Positions 21,601-33,688 of a DNA stretch of 64,000 nucleotides are shown in pieces. Source of the stretch: Caecitellus pseudoparvulus. Taxonomy: Eukaryota > Protista > Bigyra: Bicosoecida. Location: assembly GCA_965644315.1 (NCBI GenBank), contig CBFFRQ010000018.1:992001-1056000 (forward strand), read 5' to 3'. Position numbers and translations under genes: made by a program. Position 1 is the first letter of the stretch, and each line of letters begins with the position of its first letter. Under the pieces are notes generated by a model. It did no database searches and was not told the DNA's origin. It saw only the letters and a list, made by a program, of their open reading frames with translations.

Positions 21601-24600
21601 CTTTGCCTGCACACATTCATCCGAAAACACCCCCGAAGCGCACATGACACTGGATCCTTCCACAGGGGCGCGCCGGGCTTCCTGGACTGCCTGGAGAGCC
21701 GCATCTCGGTGAGAACCGCGTAGCATGCGTGGGAACCAAGGCAAGTGCACCAGGTGCACGATGGAGGCTGCTTGGGGCTGAGGAAGAGCGTCAAGCACCT
21801 GCACAGGAAGAATAAAGTCCTGGAAAGAGTCGGCAATCACATCCCCGATGGTCACAGCGGAGATGACTTCCTGAACCTGCTTTGCTGAGAGCTTGACATC
21901 GTAAATCTGCTCCAGGCCCGGCACTTGCGTCGGCGACGCTATTCCGGTCGGCGAAAACAGAGCGTAGTCACTTGCGGATCCATCAAACTCGGCGGTAGCA
22001 GGAGCAGCAAACATGGGAGCAGACAGACCTGCGCCTGCCTCACTGTGCACTTGCGCTGCTGCCTCTGGGGATGAAACGTGCTCCTCGACAGCCGATCCGC
22101 CTGACGAAGTGCCAGAGTTGACCCAAGCCTTGTGAGCTTCAGCAATGCTTTTGAGATCTGAGTCTGTTGGGACGGGCTCAATTTCATAAGCAAAGCAGGG
22201 CCAGTGCTCAGAATCCCCGACCTCACACTGGACGATGCCAGCGTCGACTGCATAATCCATGATGAGCACAACCTGCCCGCGTTGGACCGAACCCCACCCA
22301 AGGGACGGCGCATCCACCGAAGGTTTAACTCGAGCATGTCCATTCTGCTTGATTTCCCCTCGTTCGATCTTTGCCAACGCTGCCAGTGCTGCAGCTTTCT
22401 CTGGCCCAGCAACTTTGCCGGAAAGCCCATCGATTTCTTGGATGGCATCAAACTGCGACAGCAGTCGCCAAGACCGATACGCATCCACCAACAGCGCAAT
22501 GTCAGACTGGGGAAGGGCCCTCAAGGCTGCTTGCTGAGAGGCAGAGTACACAATCGGTGCGATATCGACGAAGTCAACCTGATCCAGCGCCCCCTGCCAC
22601 CCACGTTCGCTGGGAAAGTCCACCTTGATCCGTTCACCCTCCATAAAGGTGAGGGTTCCAACTTCCTCTTCGCCACTCCCCGCCCCCGTTGCTGCAGCTG
22701 CACCAGATGTAGATGCCTTCCGCCTGACCTTGCAGCCCACCTGGGCAGTGTGACCCACAACCTCCATTTCAGGGGCGTACGCCCGCCAGCGGTCCTGCGA
22801 AGGAAAGTCCACCCAAAGGTCATCCCCGTCAACTTCACTGACGACTCCAGACTCCTGGCGATTCAAGAGTCCCATGCCATACTTTGGGGATGACACACTT
22901 GCCTTCAGCTTGACTCGCTGTCCCACTGCGATGATGGACATGGGTGATGCGCCAGCGGAAACCAATGACAGCTCGGAGGCCAGCCCGTTCCATTCTGAGC
23001 TTGCGGGGAACTTCACCACGAGCCCTGTTGGTTTCACAGTCGTCACTGTGCCGACGTCACCAGGTTTGACACCTCCCCAGCCATAGCGCGGTGTCACGCC
23101 ACTTGCGACGCGAACCCTGTCCCCAACCTGAAAGCTGCCTGCCGCTCGAACGCCGGTGGAGGATGACAGCAAAGCAAGAGCTTTGTCTCGCTTTGGACCT
23201 TGCAGCTTGAGGCCAAGGTGTGGCAGTGCGATGATGGAGTCCCACTTCCCAACGAAGGCCTCGGGCATCTCGGCCAGTCGCAAGAGCAGCTGTGAGGGAG
23301 TCTCAGGGGGCAGCTCATAGTCCAGAGAATCTGAGCTTGAGCGAGGGTCGACTGAATCTTGCTTCATCAGATCCAGGAGGCCGCCAAGCGTGACAGGATC
23401 TGCCTGCAGTGCGTGCAGCGAGTGCCACACATTGTCTTGACAAAGACTGGAAGCCTCCAGGACAAGCTGCAACTGCAGCAGCAACCACTGCACATAGAAC
23501 GCATGAGCGGTGCTCCCAGAGCGAACAGTTTGCATCTGCTTCCGTGCAGCGACCATCTTGGTGAGCGTGTGCATGCAAGAGTGGAAAGAAGCCGGGGAAG
23601 CGGGCAATTCAGGGGTCTCTGGGGGGCCCAGGAATGCAGCTCTGCTTCGCTCGAGCGCTGCACGAGCATACCCATGCCCAGCCAGCAGCAGGCGTGCAGC
23701 GGGAGCGAAGTTGGACTGCACCTGGAGCTTCAGCGACACTTCGTCCCCAACGCTTGCGCACGAAAGTGCTGTAGCAATCGCATCAGTGTCCCTAGCAAGG
23801 CCTCCTGAGAATGACAAGCTGAGCAGCTGGCTTCGCAAAGCTGCGACCAGAGCTGCAAAGCTGACGTCACGCTGCGAAGAGTCGCCGCCACCCAGACTGC
23901 TGGCATACCTGAAGACAGACGTCAGGTCCATGTCGCCCGAGCTTGCTTGGATGCAAGCAAGCCCATTGATGATCTTGTCGTGGTGGTCCATGAGCACAGA
24001 TGGTGGAGGCACCGAGAACGGCCGGCGTGGCATGGCATAGTGAGGCAACTCAGCGCCAGAATGCGTGGTTTGCACAGATTGCTGGAGCTGCTCTGTCCCG
24101 GTCGTACTCATTGCGTGAGCCAGAGCAAGGGCTCCAGCTGGGGGCACTTCGGATCCCACCTCCCGGCAGACAGAAACTTGGGGTGGTGCAGAGCTCGCCG
24201 CCCAATGTCGAAGCACGTTGGCTGCCGCAAACACACTGTCCCCGAGACCTTGTGCAGTTGCATCACCGGGGTCACTCTGGTCTTGGCCTTGAGCTCCTAG
24301 GCTCAATGACAGCATTTGCTGGATAATCGGGTCGCTGAGGTGCTCTGCCAAGGATCGAGCCAGCGGCAACAGCATGCTCAACGTCAACCGGGCCACGGCA
24401 CTATCCCCGAGCCACTTGGCCGGGGTGGCCAGCGCGCTCCCTGGCGCGTTGCGCAGCAGACGGCACAGTCCCATAACATGGTGCAGCACATCTGCACCTG
24501 CTTGCCCCTTGCTCTGACCACCTTCAGATGGTCCAGCAGCTTCGCCTGCATCTCGTTCAGGCAAAGCGGCGAGCTGCTGAAGGCGCTCTCGAACGACATC

Positions 24601-25932
24601 GGATGCCCACTCCGCTCGGAAAGCATCACTTGGCGTGGGGATGTCAAGTGCGGGGAGGTGGGAATGCCAGGCCAGAAGCAGGGGTGGCAGCTTCGCTTCC
24701 TTGCCAGCCCACTCTGCCTGGTCCCGAGGTACCACGCTGGAAGCAAGCATGGCGAAAAGCATTGACTGGCCTCCCATCATGCGCTGTTCGAATACACCCA
24801 TCAGCTGCTTCAGGATGTCTCCGGAGGTAGACCCCATCGCTGGCAAGGCAGGAAGCTGGTCGGCGACGCCAGGGCCGAGTCTCACCCCCAGCTCGGACTG
24901 CACCACCTTGCGCACATCCGACGCATCCAGCACGTGGAGAGGAAGAAAAGCTTCTGAGCCAGGGTAGGCCTCCTCCTGGATCCCAATGACCCATGGGTCT
25001 AAGTTCACGACAGTTGGGCCATCTGCGAGTGCCATGCCTTCCGTGTACTCTGCTGTGAACACAGTGCCACCCAAGTGTCCAGTCAACTTCCCCCATCCCC
25101 ACCGAGTTTCGTCTTGCACAAGTGCCTGTCGCTTTGACGTGCCAGCTGGCAACCAAACGTGCCCTTCTGCGCCATCCAAGGCCCACTTGCGGCCTGCCGA
25201 AGCCACATGCTTCACGGCGGATGCGGGGCAGTCAAAGCCAGAGTGCGCCCGAAACGGCTCACCACACAGAGCACACAGGCAGTCTTTGCTGCTTGGCTGC
25301 GACTCTCCCTGGCTTACGCACTCCACAGCACGTGACCACAGGCGCGTTCCGATCAAGCTTTCTGGCGAAGAAGTCAAGATCTTGCGCAGAGCTTGCGCCT
25401 TGATGGGCAACTGGCCGCCGTTTGGGGCACAGGAGTTGCTGCACACGACAGCCTTGCCTTGCAGGACAGCGCACTGCCCTCCGGGGGGCACAGTTTGTGC
25501 TGCATGGTGACTGCACGGAAGGGAGGAACATGTGTGCAGTGGCTCGCAGCGGGGCAGGCGCAAGAGAAGGCTATACTCACGCGGCCGAGGCTGCTTCCAG
25601 CACCAAATCCCTGCGGAGCAAGCGGCAGAGTGAAGAACAAGTCGCACGGAGGTGGAGAAGGTGGGGGCGCTCACCCTGAGGAGTTGTTGCTTGAGTGTTT
25701 GACGTCGCACCGCACAGTGTGTCCTCTGCGGGGGAGTTTTCCAGAGCCAGATGAGCCAGCATGCACGCTCAGGTCCGCAAGTCGACCAGCACACTCACAG
25801 GGAGATAGAGCCAAGGGTCTCGGGAGCTGGAGTGGTTTGGAGGACAATTTGGCACTCCTCAGCAGCGATGAACACAGACACCCGGCTTGGCACGCCCACT
25901 GCCTCGAGCTCGTTTCTTTCGGCAGCGGACAT
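18667..25932 (-). CDS. Large Ser/Thr kinase with HERC2/Mib-type SH3-like repeats and a SPRY-like domain
   Basis: Kinase motifs LGKGGFGEV, LACK, HRDLKPDNVLL, DLG, YYAPE. Repeats FQVGDRVRV..PRYGWG, VGQRVKLK..PKYGMG, RVKPSVDAPSLGWG. SPRY-like GWVKGTHTWR..EVGV. 5' exons inferred (ATG 25932, GTGAGT donor at 25798); exact 5' structure uncertain. Confidence 0.85.
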
Positions 25933-26305
25933 ACTTGGCGTGGTGGGCCGTGGCAGCGGCAGCGGCAGGTGATCCAGCCCAAGCGCGTTAAGTGCTCGGC
26001 GCAGCGCTGCCGGCGCGAATCGAGCAAATACCAAGGCGGTATCGTCATTTAGTGCGCATTCGTTTTTTCTGTGAGCGCGACTTTGCACTTCGCTACGTCG
26101 ACTGCTTGCCCTAGCTACATGATGTGCAAAGGTGACAGCTTTGTAGCTCTGAATGTGGCGCGCTCACAAGCACAGCAGCATGCGTGCGGCATCATGGTTA
26201 ACTTGGACAGCTCTCTACACCAGCTGAACCTGCAAGCTGCGGACGTCTATGCCTGCATGCTTGCCAGTCTCGTGTGCAGTCTGACTCGAGGAGCTTGGCT
26301 CCAAT

Positions 26306-26320
26306 CCCCCCCCCCCCCCC
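26306..26320. repeat. C15 homopolymer in a divergent intergenic region
   Basis: 15 consecutive C between the kinase and ankyrin starts. Confidence 0.9.
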
Positions 26321-26549
26321 GATCGCCCCGCGTGCAAAGCCAGGAGTCAAAACACCCTGCGATTCGAGGTTCACCGAGTCTTTACGGTGCACTCTTGTTG
26401 ACGCGTCACAGCAAGTGGAGCTGCATGTTGCTGGCTCAAGATCCGCACCACGCCGGGCAAGGACATACCACCATCTACAGAGCGACGGCCCCGTGGAGGG
26501 AGCCCCCCTCATGCCGACGAGCTTGCAAGAAGTGCATCAGTAATCAAAC

Positions 26550-29500
26550 ATGGAAAGAGCCACAACCGCTGCTGCTGCAGCCAAGAGTCCAGAGGCTGGT
26601 GCAGATCTGAGCGACAAGGCCAGCCTTCACGCAACCCTGCAGGCGCTCTGCCTCCCTGCAGACACCCCCAAGCTTCTGGGCATCTTGGAATCTGCGCTGG
26701 AAAGCAGATCAGAGGAAGAGGTGATCAGACTCATTGTCGAGCGAGACCCTGCCGGCTGCGCTCAGGGCGTGCGAGCAGGGGCCACTATGTTGCAGTGGGC
26801 TGTGCAGTATTGTTGCGCACCAGCGGTGAAAATGCTTCTTGACGCTGGAGCCGATGCAGTCGCAACCACAGGTGAGCGCCCCGAAACTCCACTTTGGCTA
26901 GCGGTGGGTGCAGGACCTGCACAGATGCCTTTTGGTGCTTCCACGCGGCGGACAGGGGGGGAAGCTGGTGCCAGGTCAGTGGGGAGTGAGCTCGTGCAGC
27001 CCAAAGCACGCGAGGCTCGACAAGAGATCTTGAAGGCGCTTCTCCTTCGAGGTGCTGATCCCAACATGGCCAATTCTGAGGGCGACACTGCTCTGCATGT
27101 CATGTTGCGGCGCCTGCACCCAGACCAACACCTTGTGGCCGTACTTCTCGATCACGGGGCAGATGCCTTCCAAAAGAATAAAGCAGAAGTATCCCCCCTG
27201 ATCGAAGCATGCTGCAATGTCTCGGCTGTAGGGGCGCTGGAGGCCATGCTTCAAGGACTGGGAGGTAGCAGCCAGTTGCAAGAGCACGCTCCAGCTATGC
27301 TGCTTGCAGCTGCTAGAAAGATGAACTCGGCAGCCATTGTGCACTTGTTTGGTGTGGATGGGCTGCTCGATGAGATGTCCGAAGAGGCCATGGTCGAGTG
27401 CCTTGTCGCTGCGGCTGTACAGCCCACGAACATGGCCCTCATGGTGCTCCTTGACAACGGCATGGACCCGACCCTGTGCCATCCTAGAGAACAGGCACAC
27501 ATTCTGCACACTGCGTGCCGCGCGAACAGGGCACAGTGTGTCCAGTCTCTGCTTGAAGCAGGTGTCTCACCTGCAGGCTCTGCTGAGCTTGGCATCTCGC
27601 CCGCCCTGTTTTGCCTTTCAAGGCAAGGCACGACGCCCTGCGAACGTGACAATGTCGCAAGAGTGCTCTTGGCAGCTGGAGTGGATGTGCGTGAGCCTGA
27701 CCCGAGCAGTGGCCTTGAGGTATTGGCTGCGTGTGCTGCTGTACCAGAGGTTGAACGGAACGTCACGTGGTTGGAGCCAGTGGTTGCTGCTGGCGCCTCT
27801 GGAAGCGGGCTACTCGCCTGGGGCTTTCATCGGCCCTTTAGGAGTGCTGCGCGTTCTGTACTTGAATCTCTCGATAGCAAGTCTACGGCCCTGACTGCAG
27901 ATGTCGTGGGCACGTGGCCTGCAGTCTTTGCCGAGGAAACTCTTTCACATCAGGGCCTGATGGTGCTCGCTCGAGTGATGTGCCTTTTTGACTCCACAGC
28001 GCATGAAATCGCCTGCAGGATGGGGGTGCTGCAAACGCGTCAAACTGGCTTTCGTGGAGGAACGCAGCAATGGCTGGGGGGTGCTGGGCCGCCTCCCACG
28101 TGGGGAGCGACTGGTCTGTCCTGCCGCGACGTTGACGCCTCGGCGTTCCTAGTCCTCTGTGAGAGAAGCGGAGTTCCCCCAAACCATTGGGGGGATGACT
28201 TTCTCCTTGCAGCCGTGTTCGCTTGTGTCCGACTGCTGCAAGACAGCGAGAGCTTCCCGTTTGTGGCTAGCGCTCGCCAGGCCTTGGCTCGCTCAAAGGT
28301 GAACCCGGCTTGGCGGCTCAGGAAGCCGATGCTGCTGCTCCATGCCGTGGGTGAGGACCTTTTTGCAGCTGCACGGGCGGGGAACCTTGCACTTGTGGAG
28401 AAAATGTTGGCGAGTGGCAAGCTCCCAGTCGAGACCCCAAATAGCTCAGGGCAAGTGGCTGTGCACGGAGCAGCAATGAGCGGCAGCATCTCGGTGATGC
28501 AGGCATTGGTCCAAGCGGGTGCTGCCATAGATTGCTGTGACTTAGATGGCAGAACTTGCCTCCACTTGGCAGCTTCGCATGGGAGGCTTGCCATGCTGAA
28601 GCACCTGCTAGGTTTAAAGGGTTCGCCGTCTGTAGACTGTGTCGATTCAAAGGGCATGACGCCACTGATGCTTGCAGTGATGGCAAACAAGCAGAGCTGT
28701 GTAGTCTGGCTGCTGGGGCAAGGCGACTCGCTGGCAGCGCGGACGAAGCGCGGAGAGTGTCCTCTCTCTCTAGCGCTGAGTAACGGCAGCCCTGATCTTC
28801 TGGACTTGGTCTTGGATGCCTTTGAGTCCCAAAAAGATGGCCAACGTGTCATGCCAGCACCAACAGCGTTAATTCGTGCAGCTCAAGCTGGTATCTTGAG
28901 GGTTTTTGAGCGCCTGCTTCGGCTTGGGATGAACATTGACGTGTTGGAGACCACAGATCAACAGCAGAAGTTAGGAGCAGCCCTTGCTAGCAACTTGGGC
29001 ATGCTTCGCTGTGCACTGGCAGCAGGCATGAGCGCTATGTTCCTGGGGGGGAGGCTCCTTCACCACGTGCTTGTATCTGGGAACCTTGAAATGGCTCACG
29101 AGCTGCTCTCCGTTCGTGGCGCTGGCGCTGTCCCAAGCATGGTGCTCAAGCAAACACCAGTCAATGGGTTTGGTCTCGCTGCCCGGTGCATTGTGTTGTG
29201 CCATCGCGAGAGAGCTGTTGCGCACATTGCTCGCAGGCTGGGGCTGGATGTGCCGTCTTTTGACGACCCTGCTGTCTCACCGTGGGACTGCCTGAGCGAC
29301 TGGTCGTCACGCCCGAACCGCAACGCCAAGTTCGCAAACCTGCCAGCGTTGGTCTTGTTGAGGCGGCTTCATTTGGAGGATGTGCATGTACTCTTGAAGC
29401 CCACAGGGGTTGAACACGTGCCGTTGCTGAAGCCTTGCCTTGCCGCGGTCGCGCTGGCCATTCGGCGCCTTCACTTGGATGCCCACCCAGAACGTTTCCA

Positions 29501-29774
29501 GTCGCCAAAGGCACCATTCAGCGACGCCAATATTTCCCTTGTACCTGCGGGCGACCCCGCACCATTGCAGTTTGCAGCCTTTGGAGCTTGGGAATTGCGA
29601 CGCAAGGCGGTGCTGCTCAGAGAGGAGCAGCACCCTCACGGCCTTGAGGTGGCCAGCTCCACTGTTGCGTTGCCTGAGTGGTACACTGCATCGAGCACGA
29701 AGACTGAGGAACTAAATTTCAAACGATTCTCCAGAGATGAGGAGTCTGTATGGAGATTAGAACGGAACGAGTGA
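26550..29774 (+). CDS. Ankyrin-repeat protein (two repeat blocks)
   Basis: GADPNMANSEGDTALH, DGRTCLHLAASHG, KGMTPLMLAV, GECPLSLA; 1074-aa intronless ORF. Confidence 0.92.
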   Translation: MERATTAAAAAKSPEAGADLSDKASLHATLQALCLPADTPKLLGILESALESRSEEEVIRLIVERDPAGCAQGVRAGATMLQWAVQYCCAPAVKMLLDAGADAVATTGERPETPLWLAVGAGPAQMPFGASTRRTGGEAGARSVGSELVQPKAREARQEILKALLLRGADPNMANSEGDTALHVMLRRLHPDQHLVAVLLDHGADAFQKNKAEVSPLIEACCNVSAVGALEAMLQGLGGSSQLQEHAPAMLLAAARKMNSAAIVHLFGVDGLLDEMSEEAMVECLVAAAVQPTNMALMVLLDNGMDPTLCHPREQAHILHTACRANRAQCVQSLLEAGVSPAGSAELGISPALFCLSRQGTTPCERDNVARVLLAAGVDVREPDPSSGLEVLAACAAVPEVERNVTWLEPVVAAGASGSGLLAWGFHRPFRSAARSVLESLDSKSTALTADVVGTWPAVFAEETLSHQGLMVLARVMCLFDSTAHEIACRMGVLQTRQTGFRGGTQQWLGGAGPPPTWGATGLSCRDVDASAFLVLCERSGVPPNHWGDDFLLAAVFACVRLLQDSESFPFVASARQALARSKVNPAWRLRKPMLLLHAVGEDLFAAARAGNLALVEKMLASGKLPVETPNSSGQVAVHGAAMSGSISVMQALVQAGAAIDCCDLDGRTCLHLAASHGRLAMLKHLLGLKGSPSVDCVDSKGMTPLMLAVMANKQSCVVWLLGQGDSLAARTKRGECPLSLALSNGSPDLLDLVLDAFESQKDGQRVMPAPTALIRAAQAGILRVFERLLRLGMNIDVLETTDQQQKLGAALASNLGMLRCALAAGMSAMFLGGRLLHHVLVSGNLEMAHELLSVRGAGAVPSMVLKQTPVNGFGLAARCIVLCHRERAVAHIARRLGLDVPSFDDPAVSPWDCLSDWSSRPNRNAKFANLPALVLLRRLHLEDVHVLLKPTGVEHVPLLKPCLAAVALAIRRLHLDAHPERFQSPKAPFSDANISLVPAGDPAPLQFAAFGAWELRRKAVLLREEQHPHGLEVASSTVALPEWYTASSTKTEELNFKRFSRDEESVWRLERNE

Positions 29775-30081
29775 GAAATGCAAGGGGACGCGATTGAAAC
29801 GCGGTTTGCATGTACAAACCCACGGCTTCACAGCCTTCGGAGCACTGAGAGAGGCAAATCTTCTCTCTTACAGTTCAGTGCGCAGGGCAAATTGAAGTGC
29901 AATGCCCGCCGTCTGCTCAACCAAAGAACCTCCAACACCCGCACGTCTTGTTCTCTTCTATCAGTGCTTCCTTCTTTCACAGCGGCCGGCGCGAGGTTAG
30001 GCATTGCGGAGTGGACATTGGCTTCCCGGCGGTTCCGGTAGAGAGGTGCCGCGTTTGGCAGAATTAGGAGAAGCTGGGAGA

Positions 30082-31846
30082 ATGGCCGCTTCCGATGAAG
30101 CTGTCCAGCAGTTTGTTTCCGTGACAGCTGCTTCGGTGGAGGAAGCTCGGCGCTACATTGAGGTGCGTGCCTTGGCACTCACAGGACCAGCCCGAAGCAA
30201 GTGCACATGCACTCCTTGCTCGCAGCTCTGTGGCGGGAGTGTCGACCAAGCCGTGAACATGTTTTGGGATGCACCGCTTCCAAGCGGGCAATCCACCCCT
30301 GGAACGTGTCCACGGACGGGGCCCCCTCATGCGTCAGGAGAAGAAGAGTGCGGAGCAGCGTTGCGTTTCAGGCTGAAACCCCGTGCAGCAAATCGGCGTG
30401 AATTTCACAGAGTTCGAGCACCTATCGCCAGCAAGCACGACGTTCTGGTGGAAGGCCCTTCAGATAGTCTCATGGGTAGGAGCGCCACGATTGGTTGGCC
30501 TTCTGTGTGAACATACTCCTGTGTCCCCTCCCGCTTGCCTGCGCAGCAAGGTTCGGTGTCTCTGCAAGCGGGGAATACAAGACCCCAGCCAGCGAACCCG
30601 CCTTTTCAAGTGAGTGCATGCCACGACCCACACGCTTCACACTCTGTCCACCTGACTTGTCACACCTCCAGGAGGGGGGGTCAGCAACGGACGTGACCTG
30701 GCAAGCTTGTTTGCCCCTCCCGAGCACCTTATGGTGCACGGGCCGTTCGAGATGGCGAAAGCGATGGGGCAGAGTGCTAACAAGTGGGTCATCGCCAATT
30801 TGCAAGACCCATCAACATTTGAATGCCACATGCTCAACAGGGACACATGGAAGGACGAAGGGGTAGGAGCACTGCTGAGCGAGCACTTCATGTTGTGGCA
30901 GCAAAACCACGACCACGCAGACGCCCAGCGCGTAATCAGCCTGTACATGCTCCCCGAGTCAGTGGAATACCCGGTCCTGCTCATCATTGATCCTGTCACC
31001 GGCGCAGAGTTGCATCGGTCTTGTGGCATGGTGGAGCCGCAAGCGATGATTTCCAAGCTGCTGAAGTTCCTTGAGCAGCACAAAGCGCCAATTCCAGATC
31101 CTGCACCAGCGCAAGCTTCTGTCGGGTCAAAGGGCTCAAAGCGCCCACGAAGCTCTGCTGGGGCCACAGCCGTGGTGAAGCAGGCCAAAGCAGCAAGGGC
31201 AGCCTTGGCCCAGGCAGCTGCTTCAAGTGTGCACCACAAACCAGCGGCAAGCGCAGAAGACAGCGAGGAATACCTGTACTCCAGCGACGAAGAAGGAGCA
31301 GCATCCCCCCCAAGCCCAGGCGTCGTGGAGGACCTGTGCTCTGAGGCAGACTCAGATGCAGATGTGGTTGCAGTGCCGAGCAAGTCTCACCAGCCCGATG
31401 CGTTGGCAGTTGAAGCGTTGGCGACTGCAACTATTCCGAAGGCGTGCGTGCTTGAGAAGGAACCTGGCAAGGGCCCCGAGTCCACCCGCATTCAGCTTCG
31501 ACTGCCAGATGGCAAGCGGTTTGTTCGCCGGTTTCCGTCCTCCTCTTCCGTCAGCGAAGTGTACGCCGTGGCCGCCGCTCGCATCGGCCAACCCCACACC
31601 TTGGCCACACGGCACTCGCTCCAAGCAATCGCCGACGGCAGGTGCACCGCAGAAGAAGCTGGCCTGGCCGAAGCCATCACCCCGGCCGCAGCCCGGGCAG
31701 CTCTGGAGAAGCCTTTGCGCCCTTTGCAGGCAGAGGCATTCGATCTGCGCTCAACCTTTCCATCTGCATCTCTGGAAAGCTCTGCCAGCAAGTCACTGCA
31801 GGATGCTGACCTGCTGAACTCGTCGATCGTTGTAAATGCAAGGTAG
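30082..31846 (+). CDS. UBA-UAS-UBX p97/CDC48 adaptor (UBXN7/PUX7-like), spliced
   Basis: UBA-like AVQQFVSVT..ARRYIE|LCGGSVDQAVNMF; UAS KWVIANLQDPSTFECHMLNRDTW; UBX TRIQLRLPDGKRFVRRF...FP...SLQDADLLNS. Middle exon boundaries uncertain. Confidence 0.9.
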
Positions 31847-31899
31847 GGCAGGCTGGGTGTCCCACGTTTTCCTCACAGCTTCCCCAGCCAGCACCACCA

Positions 31900-32868
31900 T
31901 CACTCACCAACGCAAGGATCAGGGGGCACCAAGTACTCGACCTCCTCGACGATGGAGCCAGTTTCCGACCCCATTTCATCACCGTCACTGGCAACGTTGG
32001 ATTCGCCAGACAAGCGAGCAGCCAGCTCCTCAGATGCACGACATGTCTCGACGAGGCCTGCTGAAGGGGGTGGAGGGCCCTCTGCAAATGCTTGCGCCGC
32101 AGGAGCAGCCCATGGCCTGTACTGAGTGGCTTCATCATCACTGTCTGAGCCCTCTTCCATGTCTGCCTCACCACCTTGAAACCCGAAGTCTGCCGGGACC
32201 AAGCCGTTGCCACTCGCTGCCCCGCGCGTCTCCTCGAAGACCTCCTCCTCGACCGCGTCACTAGCCACACTGTCTGCATCTTCGGCAACCACTGAATGCC
32301 AAGGTCCGGCTACCACCGAGCTGCCCCCCTGCGCATGGCCTGCACTTGGGGAGCCGAGCACGGTTGCCCTTGCGCAGCTTTCCGCGTCGGCCGCCGCGGC
32401 AGTGGACACAGGGCCAAGAGGTGGCGGGGAAATCGGAGGCTGTGAGAATGATGGGGCCAGTGGAGGCCTGGCAGTACTCGAGTTGGAGGACCCCTCCGCA
32501 ATCTCGCTATCCAGCGCCTCAAGGGAAGGTAGCTGGACGTGTTGCGGAGGGGCACTGGCCCGAACTGCAGCGAGAACAGAGCCTACTGCAGCAAGTGCAC
32601 CCGATCGAGCAAGGCTAGTGCCACATGCTCCAGTTGGCAGCCCTTGCAGTGCTCGAAGAGACTCCAGATGAGCTGCCTCCGGTGTGCGGGGTTTGCCAGG
32701 GCCAGCTTCACTGCCCTCGGCGCTTGCGCCCGGTCTCATGCTCCTGTCCTGAGATAGAAGGCCCTCCTGGCGGGATTTTCGGGCAGCAGTTAGTCGCTGA
32801 ACCATGTCATGGAGCGGTTCTGTCCCAATGGAGCGCAGGAGGTCAGATCGCTCCTGCTGGGTGGCCAT
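31900..32868 (-). CDS. Hypothetical low-complexity acidic protein
   Basis: ORF from MATQQERSDLLRS; the 3' end may be spliced (GTGAGT overlaps the stop). Confidence 0.5.
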   Translation of the reverse strand: MATQQERSDLLRSIGTEPLHDMVQRLTAARKSRQEGLLSQDRSMRPGASAEGSEAGPGKPRTPEAAHLESLRALQGLPTGACGTSLARSGALAAVGSVLAAVRASAPPQHVQLPSLEALDSEIAEGSSNSSTARPPLAPSFSQPPISPPPLGPVSTAAAADAESCARATVLGSPSAGHAQGGSSVVAGPWHSVVAEDADSVASDAVEEEVFEETRGAASGNGLVPADFGFQGGEADMEEGSDSDDEATQYRPWAAPAAQAFAEGPPPPSAGLVETCRASEELAARLSGESNVASDGDEMGSETGSIVEEVEYLVPPDPCVGE

Positions 32869-33167
32869 GGCCCAACGCCAGCGAAACGCTGTCAGCCCTT
32901 TCTGTGTCTTGTCTGCCAAAGAGGGCCTGTGGCGGGCAGGATCACGGGCAAGCCCACACCCTATGCATTCGAAGAAGGGGGGATCCTCCAAGGTGAGTAC
33001 GACTGCGCCACGGGATGTGTTTTGCCTGAAGCATTGCACTCTCCAAGACAACTCGCGCTCTGCATCAGGAAGTGTCCGAAGGGAGCTTCACATTGGGAGG
33101 GCTTGGCTCAGAGAGTGATACAGCAACTTCGAATCCTGCTCTGGTGATGCCGGCCAAGATGACAATG

Positions 33168-33540
33168 CTACCTAGGCTGTTCGTGCGCCTGCTTGGCCAT
33201 GCTGGCGAAATGATTGCGGACCTCTTCCTCAGCATCCTTTCGGCTGATGCTGACGGCGAATTCCTCGTCATGAACGAACAGCGCCTTCAGCGTGCGCACG
33301 TGCTTTTGGCCTGAGGAAGCGAAAGCGGAGTAGGGGTTCGCGCACATGACAGCGGCAAGGCTGATTGGTGCCCTGCTCACACTCTGCCAAGTGACCAGGG
33401 TCACTCAGGGCCCGGGGAGACGATCGGAATTGGCTACAGAGGTCTTTGATATTCTTGGACATTTTTCTACGCAGGATGGCAGTCGGAGCGAGCCTTGCGA
33501 CACGCAAGGCCTCCCTGTACACTGCTGTTGGGGAAGCCAT
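33168..33540 (-). CDS. LYR-motif (Complex1_LYR-like) small protein; intron 33311-33380
   Basis: MASPTAVYREALRVAR...IKDLCSQFR matches the LYR pattern; a GTGAGC..CTCAG intron joins it in frame to QKHVRTLKALF. Confidence 0.65.
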
Positions 33541-33688
33541 GTGAGTTCGTTTTCCGCAGCTTGAGCCAGAGAAAAAGCGGGAGCAAGTGACGTCGTCCCC
33601 TGTGCACTGAAGCTCAAAAGCGGACGTGCAGAGGCAAAACAGCGTAGCGCGGAAACCATGCGGTGGTGTGTAAATTTTGCTCGGTCTT

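Noticed and set aside
25792-25800. In-frame TGA between two abutting ORFs suggesting selenocysteine or readthrough
   Set aside because: The TGA is part of a GTGAGT splice donor; splicing explains it.
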